Notes: generated by a model from the sequence alone, not told the origin. A DNA stretch of 64,000 nucleotides from Eledone cirrhosa (GCA_964016885.1 OZ024753.1:38688001-38752000), one strand, 5' to 3'; counted from the first letter of the stretch, positions 41,593-57,254 are shown. Numbers and translations: made by a program.

Positions 41593-43744
41593 ACCTATAT
41601 AAAAATAAACCATTATCGTCATCTTCATTGTCACGCTTCGTTGTTGATTTCGTGCTCCAAGTAATAATGATGACAATTTTAGTTTGCAGTAACAATCGTA
41701 ATGTAAACGTGCTAGAATGGTCGTTGTCAATTTATCTTTTTTCTTTTTACTTTGCGTTTAAATGCACAAAAAAAAAAAAAAAAAAAAAAAAATAGAAATC
41801 GTCTCGGATTATTATCAATTTCGAAGTTTCTCTGAGTTTAAATACCGTTTCATATATTTCTCTCTATCCAAAATGTATCCACTTGTATCCATAAAAGTAA
41901 AAACCGTTCCTGATGTTTGTTTACTGTCTTTTATTCTCTTCTAAATGATTTTGCTGCAGGGCAAGTGTCGCTCGTCTATTTGTTGGTTTCTATTCCACAT
42001 CATGGCGACCATATTTAGCAGTCCATTCACGTACCTTTACTTTTGTTACACGAGCAGAAATCTAAAACAGCTATTCTCTTCGATTCCTTCGTTTAGAAGG
42101 AAGGAAATTCGAGAGGCATATTGAAAAGAAATGACTGTAACAGAACTAATCTGAATGTGAATATAACAACAAAACAACAACACCACCACCACCACCAACA
42201 GCAACAATAACAACAACAGCAACAACAACAGTAACAACAGTATAGAAATAACATGTTTATCTATTAACAGGTTGTTAGAGCTTTCTTTTTAAATAGTTTT
42301 TTTGTTATGGTTTTGTTAAAAACTTACCCTTACAAGTATCACGATATCACGTAATATTTTTTTTATCACAAAACAGATGCGTATACTTTTTTTATTTCTC
42401 GCTTAACCAAATTAATCCCTATTGATAAAAGCCAAACATTGTGTTAGATGTGAAAAAGGTGTTGAGGAGGGTGTGATAGGCAGAGTAGGCCAGAGAAACT
42501 TAATTTGATAGGGTAATAGAATCAAGAAAATGGTGCTCAATGAAGGATCATGGAAACCAAAAACTCAAAGTAGCCGTGACAGTGGTTTAGCCACAGAATT
42601 TACGTTCGTTGACATTCAATTTTCCTCATCTGGTTTTTGATTTCGTATCAAACTATTAGATATTCTTCACAGTTGAGTAGAATATATTAGAGTATTATCG
42701 CATTAAATAACCCCACAAAAACAAAAAAAAAAACAAACATTTTATGTTATGTCATGAATTATTTTACTGCTGAACAACCATAAAAGACAGCACATGATTT
42801 AGTAGAAAGAAAACATCGACTATTGGACAAGTAAACAACATATGAATGAAGGTATAGTGATTCAGCATGGCCTGAGTTATAATGTGTAAAACTAACTAAA
42901 GAAACATAAGCACGAAAACAACAATATGGCGAACTTTTAAAACTACAAATGAAAACCTTATAAGATTAAATGTTGCACAGAAGATGGACGTCAAATTAGT
43001 TGCAAGATACTTCTAAGCTAAGGTAAAGGGTGAATCAATTAGTATAATTTACTGTTAGCTATTTGTCCGTGGATTGTGAAGGTTGTCGATAATTTCTGAA
43101 GATGATATCAAGAAAGATCGAAACTCGGCTCAAGTCGTTCATCGTTTTTTAGTCTAAGAGAAAACATAAATAAAATATGTTTACGTGTTTAGATATATAA
43201 CTGTGCTTATATAGATGTTTCACACAGCATCGATTACAACCTATAGTGTTTGCGTACACACATGAATTTATAACTTACTGTGGTCATTTCTGTGGATTTC
43301 TGAATATAGAAATGCCCAATAATAGGATGTCACCCTTACTGACTTCAAATGAAGAGAAGTATTAATTGTGATAAAGGATTAGTAGTGGAATGAGTATGAC
43401 ATACTAAGAATCAAAAGCTTGTGGTGCTATTAAGTTAGACATGGCCTGGGCCAATACTGGCCGAAACCTATCAAAGTTATCAAAGTTATGGCTGTCTCGC
43501 TTCACAGGAAACTTGACTCATATATACGGAAGCTATCAACAGTGTGGGTACTAAGGACACCAAAGGTGTCGATGGAGACCAGTACAAATAGGGGGCGGTC
43601 GGTCAGGCCCCAGTATTTAACTATCCTTCTCTCCTCTGTAAATCTTAATAAAGCTGCTATCAAAACACTTTAAAAATTACCTATCCCCACCAGTAATGTG
43701 ATAAAGTCAATATGAGTCACTTAGCTAAGAAACGAACTTCTTAA

Positions 43745-43915
43745 GAATGGTTTCTGATAGAGGCACAAGGCCTGCAATTTGGAGGAGGGGAAAGTCGATT
43801 AAATCGACCCCAGTGCGTGACTGGTACTTTATTTTATCGACCCCGCAAGGCTGAAAGGCAAAGTTAACCTCGGTGGGATTTGAACTCAGATCAAATCCCG
43901 TCGAGGTTAACTTCA
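43745..43915 (-). mobile_element. Nin/Deu SINE fragment (another at about 44580-44730)
   Basis: Reverse complement of the SINE core. Confidence 0.8.
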
Positions 43916-44125
43916 CAGTCAGCTCTAGGCTTTACTCATTCAACCAAGAATGATGATTCATGGTGGTGGTAGTTTAATTTCCATACTAAATGCCTTACGT
44001 TTGTATTGTTGTCGTAATGAACGAAGAAACGCGGGAAATATCAGCTTCAAATGAATATATAAAGTCTAAACATCTATTGAGTTCTTTTTATCTCTCGTTT
44101 GTACACCCAAACACGCACACACACC

Positions 44126-44165
<40 letters not shown>

Positions 44166-44168
44166 CAG

Positions 44169-44207
<39 letters not shown>

Positions 44208-44227
44208 GTATGTAAATATATGTATGT

Positions 44228-44305
<78 letters not shown>

Positions 44306-44408
44306 TATATGTATGTGTGTGTGTACGTGAGTTTCTATGAATATCTAATTACTTGTGTGTGTATTCACACATACACACACATATGTATGTAGGTATACAT
44401 ATACATAC

Positions 44409-44477
<69 letters not shown>

Positions 44478-44981
44478 CATGATTTATGATATATATATAT
44501 ATATATATAATCACGCTGGTTAATATACTGAAACAAAAGAAAATTGTTTTTGAGGTTCGGTTAAATATTGATTTATAACATTGGCACGATGCCATAGATT
44601 TTGTGGAGGGTATAGTCGATTAAATCGACCCCAGTTCTCGTCGATTGGTAGTTTATTTTATCGATTACTGGAAAACATGAAAGACAAAGTTGACCTCGGC
44701 GGGATTTGAATTCAGAAACATAAAAAAAGCAAGTTACTAAATACTTGCCAGTCATTTTTGTTTGACTTCTATTTTTTCTTTTGTTGTTGTTTTGTTTTGT
44801 TTTGCTTAAATATTAGATACAGAATTAGCAATGAATAAATAAGGTCACAAGTCAATCGAATCTGAAGGAGCGAAACAGAGTTATTTGCCAAATATCGTTT
44901 TTATCGCAACTCTGAATCAGCTGTCTTATCTTGGAGTTGTACAACTTTTAATAAGAATAACTTAATCTCAAAAAAAAATAA

Positions 44982-45072
<91 letters not shown>

Positions 45073-45074
<2 letters not shown>

Positions 45075-45290
45075 CGAAGGAAATGTGGTAAGGAACCAGG
45101 TAGACCATAACGCACCAAAGTACTCAATACTTAGGGTAGTAGAGTGGGTAATAGGAACGAGTAGGACCCCGACGGCTGAGCTCAAGCCGTTTCGACGGCT
45201 AATTCTGGACTAAATTCTGGACTAGATTTTAGTCCAGAATTAGCCGTCGAAACGGCTTGATCTCAGCCGTCGGGGTCCTACTCGTTCCTA
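45073..45290. mobile_element. family A palindromic element
   Basis: Centre aattctggactaaattctggactagattttagtccagaatt. Confidence 0.9.
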
Positions 45291-45547
45291 TATATATATA
45301 TATATATATATATGCACAGAATATAGAGGAGAGAAAGCTTTTTTTTAGTTTCTTTATCTACATCAGTGACTCCTAAGCCACGTGACTCGGTACACTGGTG
45401 TGTTGCGAAAGAGCAACATTCTATTTCACAATATGAAAAAAAATCGTGAATTAAAATTCGCAATAAAGTTCTTATATAACTGTCAAAGTAAGGAAAAAGT
45501 AATCCCAGAATGAAAATATTGCCAAAACCACCTATAGATGGATAGAT

Positions 45548-46495
45548 AGATATGTTTCTTTATTAGCCACAGAGGCACAAAAGAAGGGGACAAATACAAA
45601 GGGGGAAGTTTACATACAATAAAAACGTGTAAAATATTATCACAAATGCAATTTAAAAATTAGTCGATTTTCCCCAATAGGGGGAGACAGTTCATATGGG
45701 TAACACATACCCCCGAAAAAATGTGCAACCCTCATCTCCAGGAGTACGAAGAGTTTGTACTCCTTTCTTCTCCTTTTCCTCAACCTACAGGCTGATATAG
45801 CGAGAAGGCCCATTCACTCGGGCCATTCTCGCCACTTTCACCCACCTTTCATAAAACTTGCTGGGGTACAGCACCTCTCTCTCCATCCTGATTCTTCTTC
45901 CAAAGTGGTATTTGAAAAAAAGAATCAATTGTTGGCCGGAGAGAAAGGTGTCTGACCTCAGCCCTTTCAACCTTGTCCAACATACAACCTCTTTCGCCAT
46001 AGCTATCACACAAAGATAGATAGATATGTTTCTTTATTAGCCACAGGGGCACAAAAGAAGGGGACAATTACAAAGGGGGAAGTTTACATATAATAAAAAC
46101 GTGTAAAATATTATCACAAATGCATTTTAAAAATTAGTCGATTTTCCCCAATAGGGGGAGACAGTTCATATGGGTAAAACATACCCCCGAAAAAATGTGC
46201 AACCCTCATCTCCAGGAGTACGAAGAGTTTGTACTCCTTTCCTCTCCTCCTCCTTTTCCTCAACCTACAGGCTGATATAGAGAGAAGGCCCATTCACTCG
46301 GGCCATTCTCGCCACTTTCACCCACCTTTCATAAAACTTGCTGGGGTACAGCACCTCTCTCTCCATCCTGACTCTTCTTCCAAAGTGGCATTTGAAAAAA
46401 AGAATCAGTTGTTGGCCGGAGAGAAAGGTGTCTGACCTCAGCCCTTTCAACCTTGTCCACCATATAACCTCTTTCGCCATAGCTATCACACAAAG
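45548..46495 (-). mobile_element. two tandem about 470-bp 3' ends of a Tx1/L1-like LINE in (GATA)n
   Basis: Minus-strand ORF end IAMAKEVIWWTRLKG...FYERWVKV, then 3' UTR, AATAAA and (TATC)n; clade assignment is by recalled resemblance only. Confidence 0.6.
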
Positions 46496-46614
46496 ATAGA
46501 TAGATAGATAGACAGATACAGTGTGTTGATGTTGACTGTATAGATAGATAAATATATAATATATATACATTGTGTAGATGTTGACTGCATAGAAAGTTAG
46601 TTTTACACACACAC

Positions 46615-46704
<90 letters not shown>

Positions 46705-47160
46705 AGAAAGAGAGAGAGAGAGAGGAGAGAGAGAAAGAGAGAGAGTTAGATACAAGGTGTAGATATTGACTGTGTATTTGCAGTAAAAAAAGGAAGTATA
46801 AATAATTTTCTGAGTTTTTAATTATTTATATTTCAACTTTATGCTATCCTAAATTATATAAATACGTTTTAGAATTTAATACAAAAGGAGTCAAATAAAT
46901 TTCACTTGTTCTAAATTGCACTAAAATATTTCTATTTGTTCTAAATAGACTCGTAAGCAAAAAAAAAACAACAATAAACAAAAACACGTACATAGACATT
47001 AGTATAGCGAGGTGTGATTAAATCTTTAGCCTTCTAAGCTGTCATGTTATTGTCTGAGAGTAAATATAGTCATACTTTTATTTTTTCAATTGATTTAAGA
47101 GGTCTTTTTTATGTGACGAGTGGTAGAAATTGGTAGGAAGTAATTTGGTGGAATAACTGA

Positions 47161-47871
47161 AGTTTTTTTGGTGTTGGTGTTGGTGTTGGTGGTTATGGTG
47201 ATTTTGGTGGTGTTGGTGGTGTTGATGTTGGTAGTGTGGGTGGTGTTGGTGGTGTTAATGGTGCTGGTATTGGTGTTGGTGTTGTTGGTGTTGGTGGTTA
47301 TGGTAATTTTGGTGGTGTTGGTGGTGTTGATGTTGGTAGTGTAGGTGGTGTTGGTGGTGCTGGTGTTGGTAGTGTGGGTGGTGTTGGTGGTATTAATGGT
47401 GCTGGTATTGGTGTTGGTGGTGTTGGTGTTGGTGGTTATGGTGATTTTGGTGGTGTTGGTGGTGTTGATGTTGGTAGTGTGGGTGGTGTTGGTGGTGTTG
47501 GTGTTGGTGTTGGTGGTTATGGTAATTTTGGTGGTGTTGGTGGTGCTAGTGTTGGTAGTGTGGGTGGTGTTGGTGGTATTAATGGTGCTGGTATTGGTGT
47601 TGGTGGTGTTGGTGTTGGTGTTGGTGGTTATGGTAATTTTGGTGGTGTTGGTGGTGTTAGTGTTGGTGTTGGTGGTGCTGGTGGTGTTGGTATTGGTGTT
47701 GGTGGTGCTGGTGGTGTTGGTGGTGTTGGTGGTATTGGTGGTGCTGGTGGTTGGGGTGTTGGTGGTGTTGGTGGTATTGGTGGTGTTGGTGGTTGGGGTG
47801 TTGGTGGTGTTGGTGGTTTTCATAGTGTTGGTGCAAACATGCAAACCCCATTTATAAGCCGAGGCATCTAA
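47161..47871 (+). other. GGT/GTT-based higher-order repeat, open as a Gly/Val-rich ORF (possible structural-protein exon)
   Basis: About 236 stop-free codons with recurring GGYG(N/D)FGGVGG and GSVGGVGG(I/V)NGAGIGVG; no start codon or strong acceptor. Confidence 0.3.
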
Positions 47872-47973
47872 TCCACACATTATTTAGATGATGTATATAA
47901 GCTGACACCCACCCTGATTTTACCATCGATTATGGTCACATATTCCTCGACTTATATTCGAGAATATACAGTA
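47851..47973. mobile_element. pogo/Tigger-like MITE remnant
   Basis: Right TIR-like tcgacttatattcgagaatatacagTA; partial left TIR tataagccgagg. Confidence 0.55.
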
Positions 47974-48703
47974 TATTCCACCATATTTCTTTACAAGTTC
48001 CTTCTCCTCTTCTGTGTGGTTTTTTTTTCCAGTTAATCCTCAAATTTCTCATCCAAGGGAAACCTCTCACTCTGCCGTTATTCCCTCATTGATGTGTGGG
48101 TGGTGGAACATTAGCAGAACCGTGTGGAGTTCTAACAACTGAGAGATTACAAGATACATCAAACATCAAACAACAACAACAACAACAAAACAACAACAAA
48201 TAAAACCTACAAACAAACAAACAAGATGGTAGCAACTATTTTAAAGATGGGTGACGACAGTTATCATACTTTGTGACTTCAGCAAATTCAGCTATTTACA
48301 CAGAGAATATATCTTGCAGTGTAGAGAGATCACATAGAAAAACAAAGACAAAAACTATAAGAAAAAAAACTAAGAAATCTTTGAGAGAATATATTTATAT
48401 AATAAATAAATAGATAGATATATAAATAAAATGAATTAAATAATAAATATAATAAATTATAGAATAAGATAAAATAAATAGAATGAAATGGAATAATAAC
48501 AAAAATTCATAATAAAACTGAATAATAAAATATATAGGCTTTTATTTTTATTGTATAGGGACGAACAGAAGGACATATGAAATAATAGATAAAAAATGTA
48601 GAAGAAAATGAGTTGACTCTATATAACAAAAGATGATATTCATATACATACCTATGATATTTTTGTATGTATATATATGTATATATATATATATATATGT
48701 TTG

Positions 48704-48780
<77 letters not shown>

Positions 48781-49090
48781 CTATATATATGCATCTGTAT
48801 GTGTATAACGATTATTATAATGGGTTTTTCTTTTAGGTTTATTATATATATATATATATATACAAACATATATATATACATGCATATACATATATAGATT
48901 TTAGATTTCTTATATATATATATATATATATTTATATACAAACATATATATATATATATATATACAAACATATATATACATGTATATACATATATACATT
49001 ATATATATATATATATATATATTTATATACAAACATATATATACATGTATACACATATATACATATATATACATTATATATATGTTTGTT

Positions 49091-49135
<45 letters not shown>

Positions 49136-49340
49136 TAAGAAATCTAAAAGAAAAAAACAATTACAATAATCTTTATACACACACAGATGTATATATATAT
49201 ATGTATATATATATGTGTGTGTATATATATCTATATATATATGCACACACATATAAATATATATACATATATATATATAATGGCAAGAAGAGAAAAATGG
49301 CTGGGTGTAGATAATGAAGTTAGAATCTGTAGTGTGGGTG

Positions 49341-49374
<34 letters not shown>

Positions 49375-49641
49375 CAAAGAAAATATGAGGGAGACAGAGA
49401 GAGAAGGGTTAGAGAGGGATCGTAAGGGAAGACGATGTGTTCGATGTTTGCTTAGCTTCGAAGATTCGTTACAGAAGTTTGAAGACAATTGCTGTCGGCC
49501 ATTTTATTCCTTGTGAAAGTTTTCTATATATTTTTTACATCTTTTCACTACGGACCATTATGTCTAACGTGTCTAACCGACCGTGTCAATGAACATATCA
49601 CCTCGTATGTTAAAGATCTTATCCTGAGACATACATTGCGC

Positions 49642-49705
<64 letters not shown>

Positions 49706-49738
49706 ATATATATATGTATATATATGTATATATATATG

Positions 49739-49774
<36 letters not shown>

Positions 49775-49827
49775 TATGTGTATATGTATATATATATAGT
49801 TGTGTATATATATATATATATACACAA

Positions 49828-49912
<85 letters not shown>

Positions 49913-49918
49913 CAAATT

Positions 49919-49959
<41 letters not shown>

Positions 49960-50636
49960 GAGCTCCCTTTTTATACACATTCATGTACATCAATATTATA
50001 TGCAAGTTTAGATGCGTTCCCTTATACACACACACATCACATACGTACATACATACTTGCATATATTTCATGCATACATACATACACACTTATATATCAG
50101 AGATATACAACCATACATAAAGATACGTATCACCTCACAAAGAAGGGCTCGTCATTAATAGATACACATAAGAAGAATTTTCTTCAGGTTTTTTTTTTGT
50201 TAGAATTGGATATATTCCTAATTTGTCTTTTAAGAAATCAATTGGGTCGATGAAGTACAAACGTTGATATTTTTCAATTATTTTTGGAGAATTTATTTGA
50301 ACAAAACACATTGCCGTGTAATTATATTATTGTTGTCGTTGGGATTATTGTTGTTGTGGGTTTTATTACTAAAGATTTAGCTCCTTTTTACTGTGATTGT
50401 GCTGAATATTGAAGTCTATTTAGAAAATTACAAATCGACATAAAAGCTTTATAAGAAAGCAAGCAAGAATTATTCATGTTTCTGTAGTATTGTTCCATTC
50501 TAAATAATTTTCACAGAAGAAAAATATTCATATGACTCAATAGTATACCATGTCATAAGCCCTGAGATTTTTCATTGAGTTGAATAGGAAAACCTAGAAT
50601 AAGGGAGATGAATTAACAGGATTGAGGTCTATTTTA

Positions 50637-50676
<40 letters not shown>

Positions 50677-50739
50677 GTAGTATATACTGGTGAGTAATAT
50701 CCGCAGTAGCAGCGTACTCAGTCCAAGGGACGAGTTTAG

Positions 50740-50800
<61 letters not shown>

Positions 50801-50803
<3 letters not shown>

Positions 50804-50991
50804 TTTATCCTGGGTTCAATCGGGGGTAACTACAGTAAGTAAGGTACTCAATACAAAGCAGAGTATAAATATTTAATATAGAAATGGCTTCTACAGGACT
50901 AGAACTGTTTCATTCGGGAGAAAACATCAGGAAGCCCTGATGATTTCTCCCGAATGAAACAGTTCTAGTCCTGTAGAAGCCATTTCTATAT
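50801..50991. mobile_element. family G palindrome with hammerhead motifs in both arms
   Basis: Centre catcaggaagccctgatga; GAAACAG ttctagtc CTGTA GAAGCC. Confidence 0.88.
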
Positions 50992-51088
50992 AAAAAAAAA
51001 AAATATATATATATACATACATGCATATGTATATATATATATACATACATATAAACACACACACACACATACACACACACACATATAA

Positions 51089-51122
<34 letters not shown>

Positions 51123-51167
51123 TTATATGTATGTATATATATATATGTATATATATATATGCATATG

Positions 51168-51281
<114 letters not shown>

Positions 51282-51291
51282 TGTGTGTGTT

Positions 51292-51328
<37 letters not shown>

Positions 51329-51364
51329 ATATATATATGCATACGCATATATATATATATATAT

Positions 51365-51524
51365 AGGAACCAGTAAGACCCCGACGGCTGAGCTCAAGCC
51401 GTTTCGACGGCTTGAGCTCAGCCGTCGGGGTCTTACTGGTTCCTATTACTCACTCTACTACCCTAAGTATTGAGTACTTCGGTGCGTTATGGTCCACCTG
51501 GTTCCTTACCACATTTCCTTCGTT
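51365..51524. mobile_element. family A palindromic element
   Basis: Centre gccgtttcgacggc. Confidence 0.9.
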
Positions 51525-51934
51525 TTATATATATATATATATATATAAATACGTGTGTGTGTTTGCGTGTGTACATGTGTTTGTGTTTGTGTGTGTGTGT
51601 GAGAGTGTGTGTCTGTGTGTGTGTGTGTTTCTATAAACTCGCAAGCTTGTTTAATAATCATTATTGAAAAAAATGATTCGTAAATTAAGTTATTTAAAGG
51701 ATAACCTAATTCACCTGATGTTAAATAAAGAATCCATCATAAGGGTCGATACAGACAGAGCAACATACTGCCTTGCACCACCCCTTCCTCCCTCCACCCG
51801 TGACCATATCTGACATTTGTTATTTAAATTTTTACTCATAAATTAAAAAATATTGGTAACGACATTTCCATGCTTAAAATAATGATGACAATGATGAGGG
51901 TAATTTATTCAAATAATTTGACAAATAAAACCAG

Positions 51935-52129
51935 CCGTAGCAGCAACAACAATACCAACAGCAACAACAACAACAAGACAACAACAACAGCAACAACAGC
52001 AGCAGCAGCAGCAACAACAACATACAACAACAACAACAACAAGGCAACAACAACAGCAACAACAGCAGTAGCGGCAACAACAATACCAACACCACCAACA
52101 ACAACAAGACAACAACAACAGCCACAACA

Positions 52130-52160
<31 letters not shown>

Positions 52161-52482
52161 CAACATACAACAACAACAACAAGACAACAACAATAACAGC
52201 AGCAGCACAGCAACAACAACATACAACACACAACAACAACAACAACAACAGGACAAAACAACAACAACAAGAACAACAGCAGCAACAACAACAAGGCAAC
52301 AACAATAAGAACAGCAGCAGCAACAACAACAACATGCAACAACATAGAACAACAATAACAACAACAACAACAACAACAACAACAGAAACAACAACAACAG
52401 CAACAACAACAGCAACAACAGTAGCAACAACAACAACAACATACAACATACAACAAGAAGAAGACAACAACAACAACAACAG
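51935..52482. repeat. (CAA/CAG)n trinucleotide repeat
   Basis: Direct reading. Confidence 0.95.
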
Positions 52483-53088
52483 AAATCCGCAGCTGTTTAA
52501 AATGCTTAAAAAAAAAAAGAACAAAAAAAAAAACCCAGTTGTGATCACCTATGAGGGCGTGGGGGAGGGGGGGGGTTCTTTGACAAAACATTTTTAGATT
52601 GGTGACATTTGGTGGAATTACTGCATTGTTGTTAGAAGAAACAAACACTGCGGGGGTTTTATATAAAGTTGGGTGGCTTAGTGGTTAACGTTATCCAGCT
52701 CACAGGTCAAGATCGTAAGGACGAGAGATCGATTTCTGATTCGACAGGCGCGTTGTTTTCTATTTGAGTGATATACTGTACGTGGGTCGCCCGAAAAGTT
52801 CATAGAAAGATTATGAAGGTGTGTCACCAGGTCGTACATGCACGCAAACAGGCACACGTTCACACGTTCACACACACACACATGCACGTACACACGCACA
52901 TGTTCACACACGCACACGTTCACACACATACACGTTCACACACTCACACGTTCACACACATACAAGTTGAAACACAAAGACATATTTGTTTGTACTGCAT
53001 CTCTGTTTTTGTTCCCATTTTCACTATATATATATATATATATATATATTTACTTACTGTGGTTACCTCCGATTCAACCCGGAATAAC

Positions 53089-54060
<972 letters not shown>

Positions 54061-54061
54061 A

Positions 54062-54284
54062 TCTATCTAAGGCGGGTAAAATTCCCGAGATCCATGGACG
54101 AGTTCTCTCCAGCGGTCTCTGTCCCTCATTATCGCTGCCATATCCTGCATCTCCAAGTGACACAGAGGAGACTGAGGTTGGCTGGACATGCTCACCGACA
54201 TCCAGAGTTGACATTGCACTCAGTGCTCCTTTGGGAGCCCCTACATGGACACACTAGAAGAGGAAGACCAAGGTTAACATATGT

Positions 54285-54288
<4 letters not shown>
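54062..54288. mobile_element. RTE LINE 3' end with 5' inversion in (TA)n
   Basis: 54066-54156 is the 3' end on the minus strand; 54157-54288 is the upstream segment on plus ([18 protein letters not shown]...[11 protein letters not shown]). Confidence 0.85.
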
Positions 54289-54314
<26 letters not shown>

Positions 54315-54317
<3 letters not shown>

Positions 54318-54643
54318 AACGAGTAGGACCCCGACGGCTGAGCTCAAGCCGTTTCGACGGCTAATTCTGGACTAAAAAAAAAAAAAAAAAAATGTGTGGT
54401 GTAGTGTCTACTGTAGGAGGTGTGGTGTAGTGTTTACTGTAGAAGGTGTGGTGTAGTGTCTACTGTAGGAGGTGTGGTGTAGTGTCTACTATAGGTGGTG
54501 TAGTGTAGTGTCTACTGTAGGTGTAGTGTAGTGTCTATTGTAGGAGGTGTGGTGTACTCGTTCCTATTACCCACTCTACTACCCTAAGTATTGAGTACTT
54601 TGGTGCGTTATGGTCCACCTGGTTCCTTACCACATTTCCTTCG

Positions 54644-54646
<3 letters not shown>
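54315..54646. mobile_element. family A palindrome with poly(A) and a 26-bp minisatellite at its centre
   Basis: Short arm, A-run, about 6 copies of gtgtggtgtagtgtctactgtaggag, long arm. Confidence 0.85.
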
Positions 54647-54709
<63 letters not shown>

Positions 54710-55676
54710 AACTTATTAATATATATATGTATGTGGTCCTGGTAGGGTCGTAGGGTCACCGTATTGACATACGACGTTTCTAAGGCATTTTAAGCCTAGC
54801 GGAGCCCAACCCCTCTCCAGTTCTGAGTACAGCAGAATTCTTCCAGAGAAAGATAGAAAGTAAGAGAGAAGAAATGAGGTATATGAATCGACTTAAACCT
54901 CGAGTCATCGAGAGGGCCTCTACAGTGTCATTCGTGCAGCTAGACATATCAGCCAAATCTCCTCTAAATCACAATCTCCTGCTTTAAATTGCAATATCCT
55001 ATAATGATTTAACAGGAAATATCTAAGAATATTTTGTTATCAATTTTGTTGGTTATAGTATCTGTACTAGTGGACAGATCATTATGAAAATATGTAGTCT
55101 ATTTAAATAAAAGTTGAATGGCGTCCGTCCGTGTGTCAGTCCGTTATTTTGAACATTTAAAGTATTTGTTGTTAATAGGACTTCATGTGATTTATTAATT
55201 CAAATATTTGAAATGCTTTTACTAGTGCACACATTGTTGTAAACAATTGCGGTGTTCGAGTAAAGACATTAATTTGTAATGTGATACAATCACACTGCTG
55301 TTTTGTACTTTTCAAAATATATACAGAATATTAAAAGTTAGATAGAAATATAAATTCATTCGACAATGTAGTCCAGTGTGGCTGGATCGTCACGGCTGTG
55401 ACGCCCTAAATCATAGGTCGGCTCAATCAGGGCCAGACAACAGCTATGCAATCTTCATTAACAAAATTATCGTAACTGCGACAACAGCTGTAAGAACAAA
55501 ACACCACCGTTACACCACCATTACACCACCGTTATACCTTTTCTGGTTGAATAAAAGGCCTACATTCTACCTTGCCCACGATCTCACACCTGATTGTACA
55601 TTTAAAGATATTCCACCAGCTGTGCCCAGTGTCACTTCCAATTATATATATATGTATATATGTATGCGTGTGCGCG

Positions 55677-55818
<142 letters not shown>

Positions 55819-56364
55819 TACATATATATATGTGTGTGTGTGTGTGTTAGGTCGCTCTCGAGTGCTACTGGTAACACGTAACTCAGTACAACATCTCTCA
55901 TGGCCGGGTCGTCGGGGTCTAAACCGACAACCCCCACCAAGCTTGCTTGGTGAGGTGGGTGATATTTGGTCACCCTGCGGAATGAAATACAAGAACTTGC
56001 AAAGGGCGGAGGAACTCAGCAGAGTCAACAACCATCCAAATAGCACTTTTTTCTTCACCTGAAAGTGAAAGGCCCCCAGTTGTTAGCACACCTTTCTAGG
56101 AGAGGGGAACTCTGAAAAAACAACCCTTTGGCTTCGGAAGTATCCGATGATGTTGACCAGTTCTCCTTTTCGGGTGGTGTTTTTTCGATGCTCGGAGAGT
56201 GGGAGTGGTCGAGTGCAAGGCTTTTCCCCACTTACAAAACCTTCAAAACACAGGCATTGCTTGTTCAAGATCTGTTGCAGGTCCGTGTGGCTGGCCGAAG
56301 CTTAAAAGTGCACCATTTTCTGTAATCTAACAAGCGATTGCAATACTCTCAGCAGAGTTTGCAG

Positions 56365-56412
<48 letters not shown>

Positions 56413-56430
56413 TGTATATATATATATATA

Positions 56431-56480
<50 letters not shown>

Positions 56481-56515
56481 TGTATATATATATACTGTAT
56501 ATATATATATATATA

Positions 56516-57242
<727 letters not shown>

Positions 57243-57254
57243 TGTATATATATT

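Noticed and set aside
41950-42124. Plus-strand frame resembling a GPCR TM7 end (FSSPFTYLYF)
   Set aside because: No NPxxY motif and no other transmembrane exons were found; the resemblance is weak.
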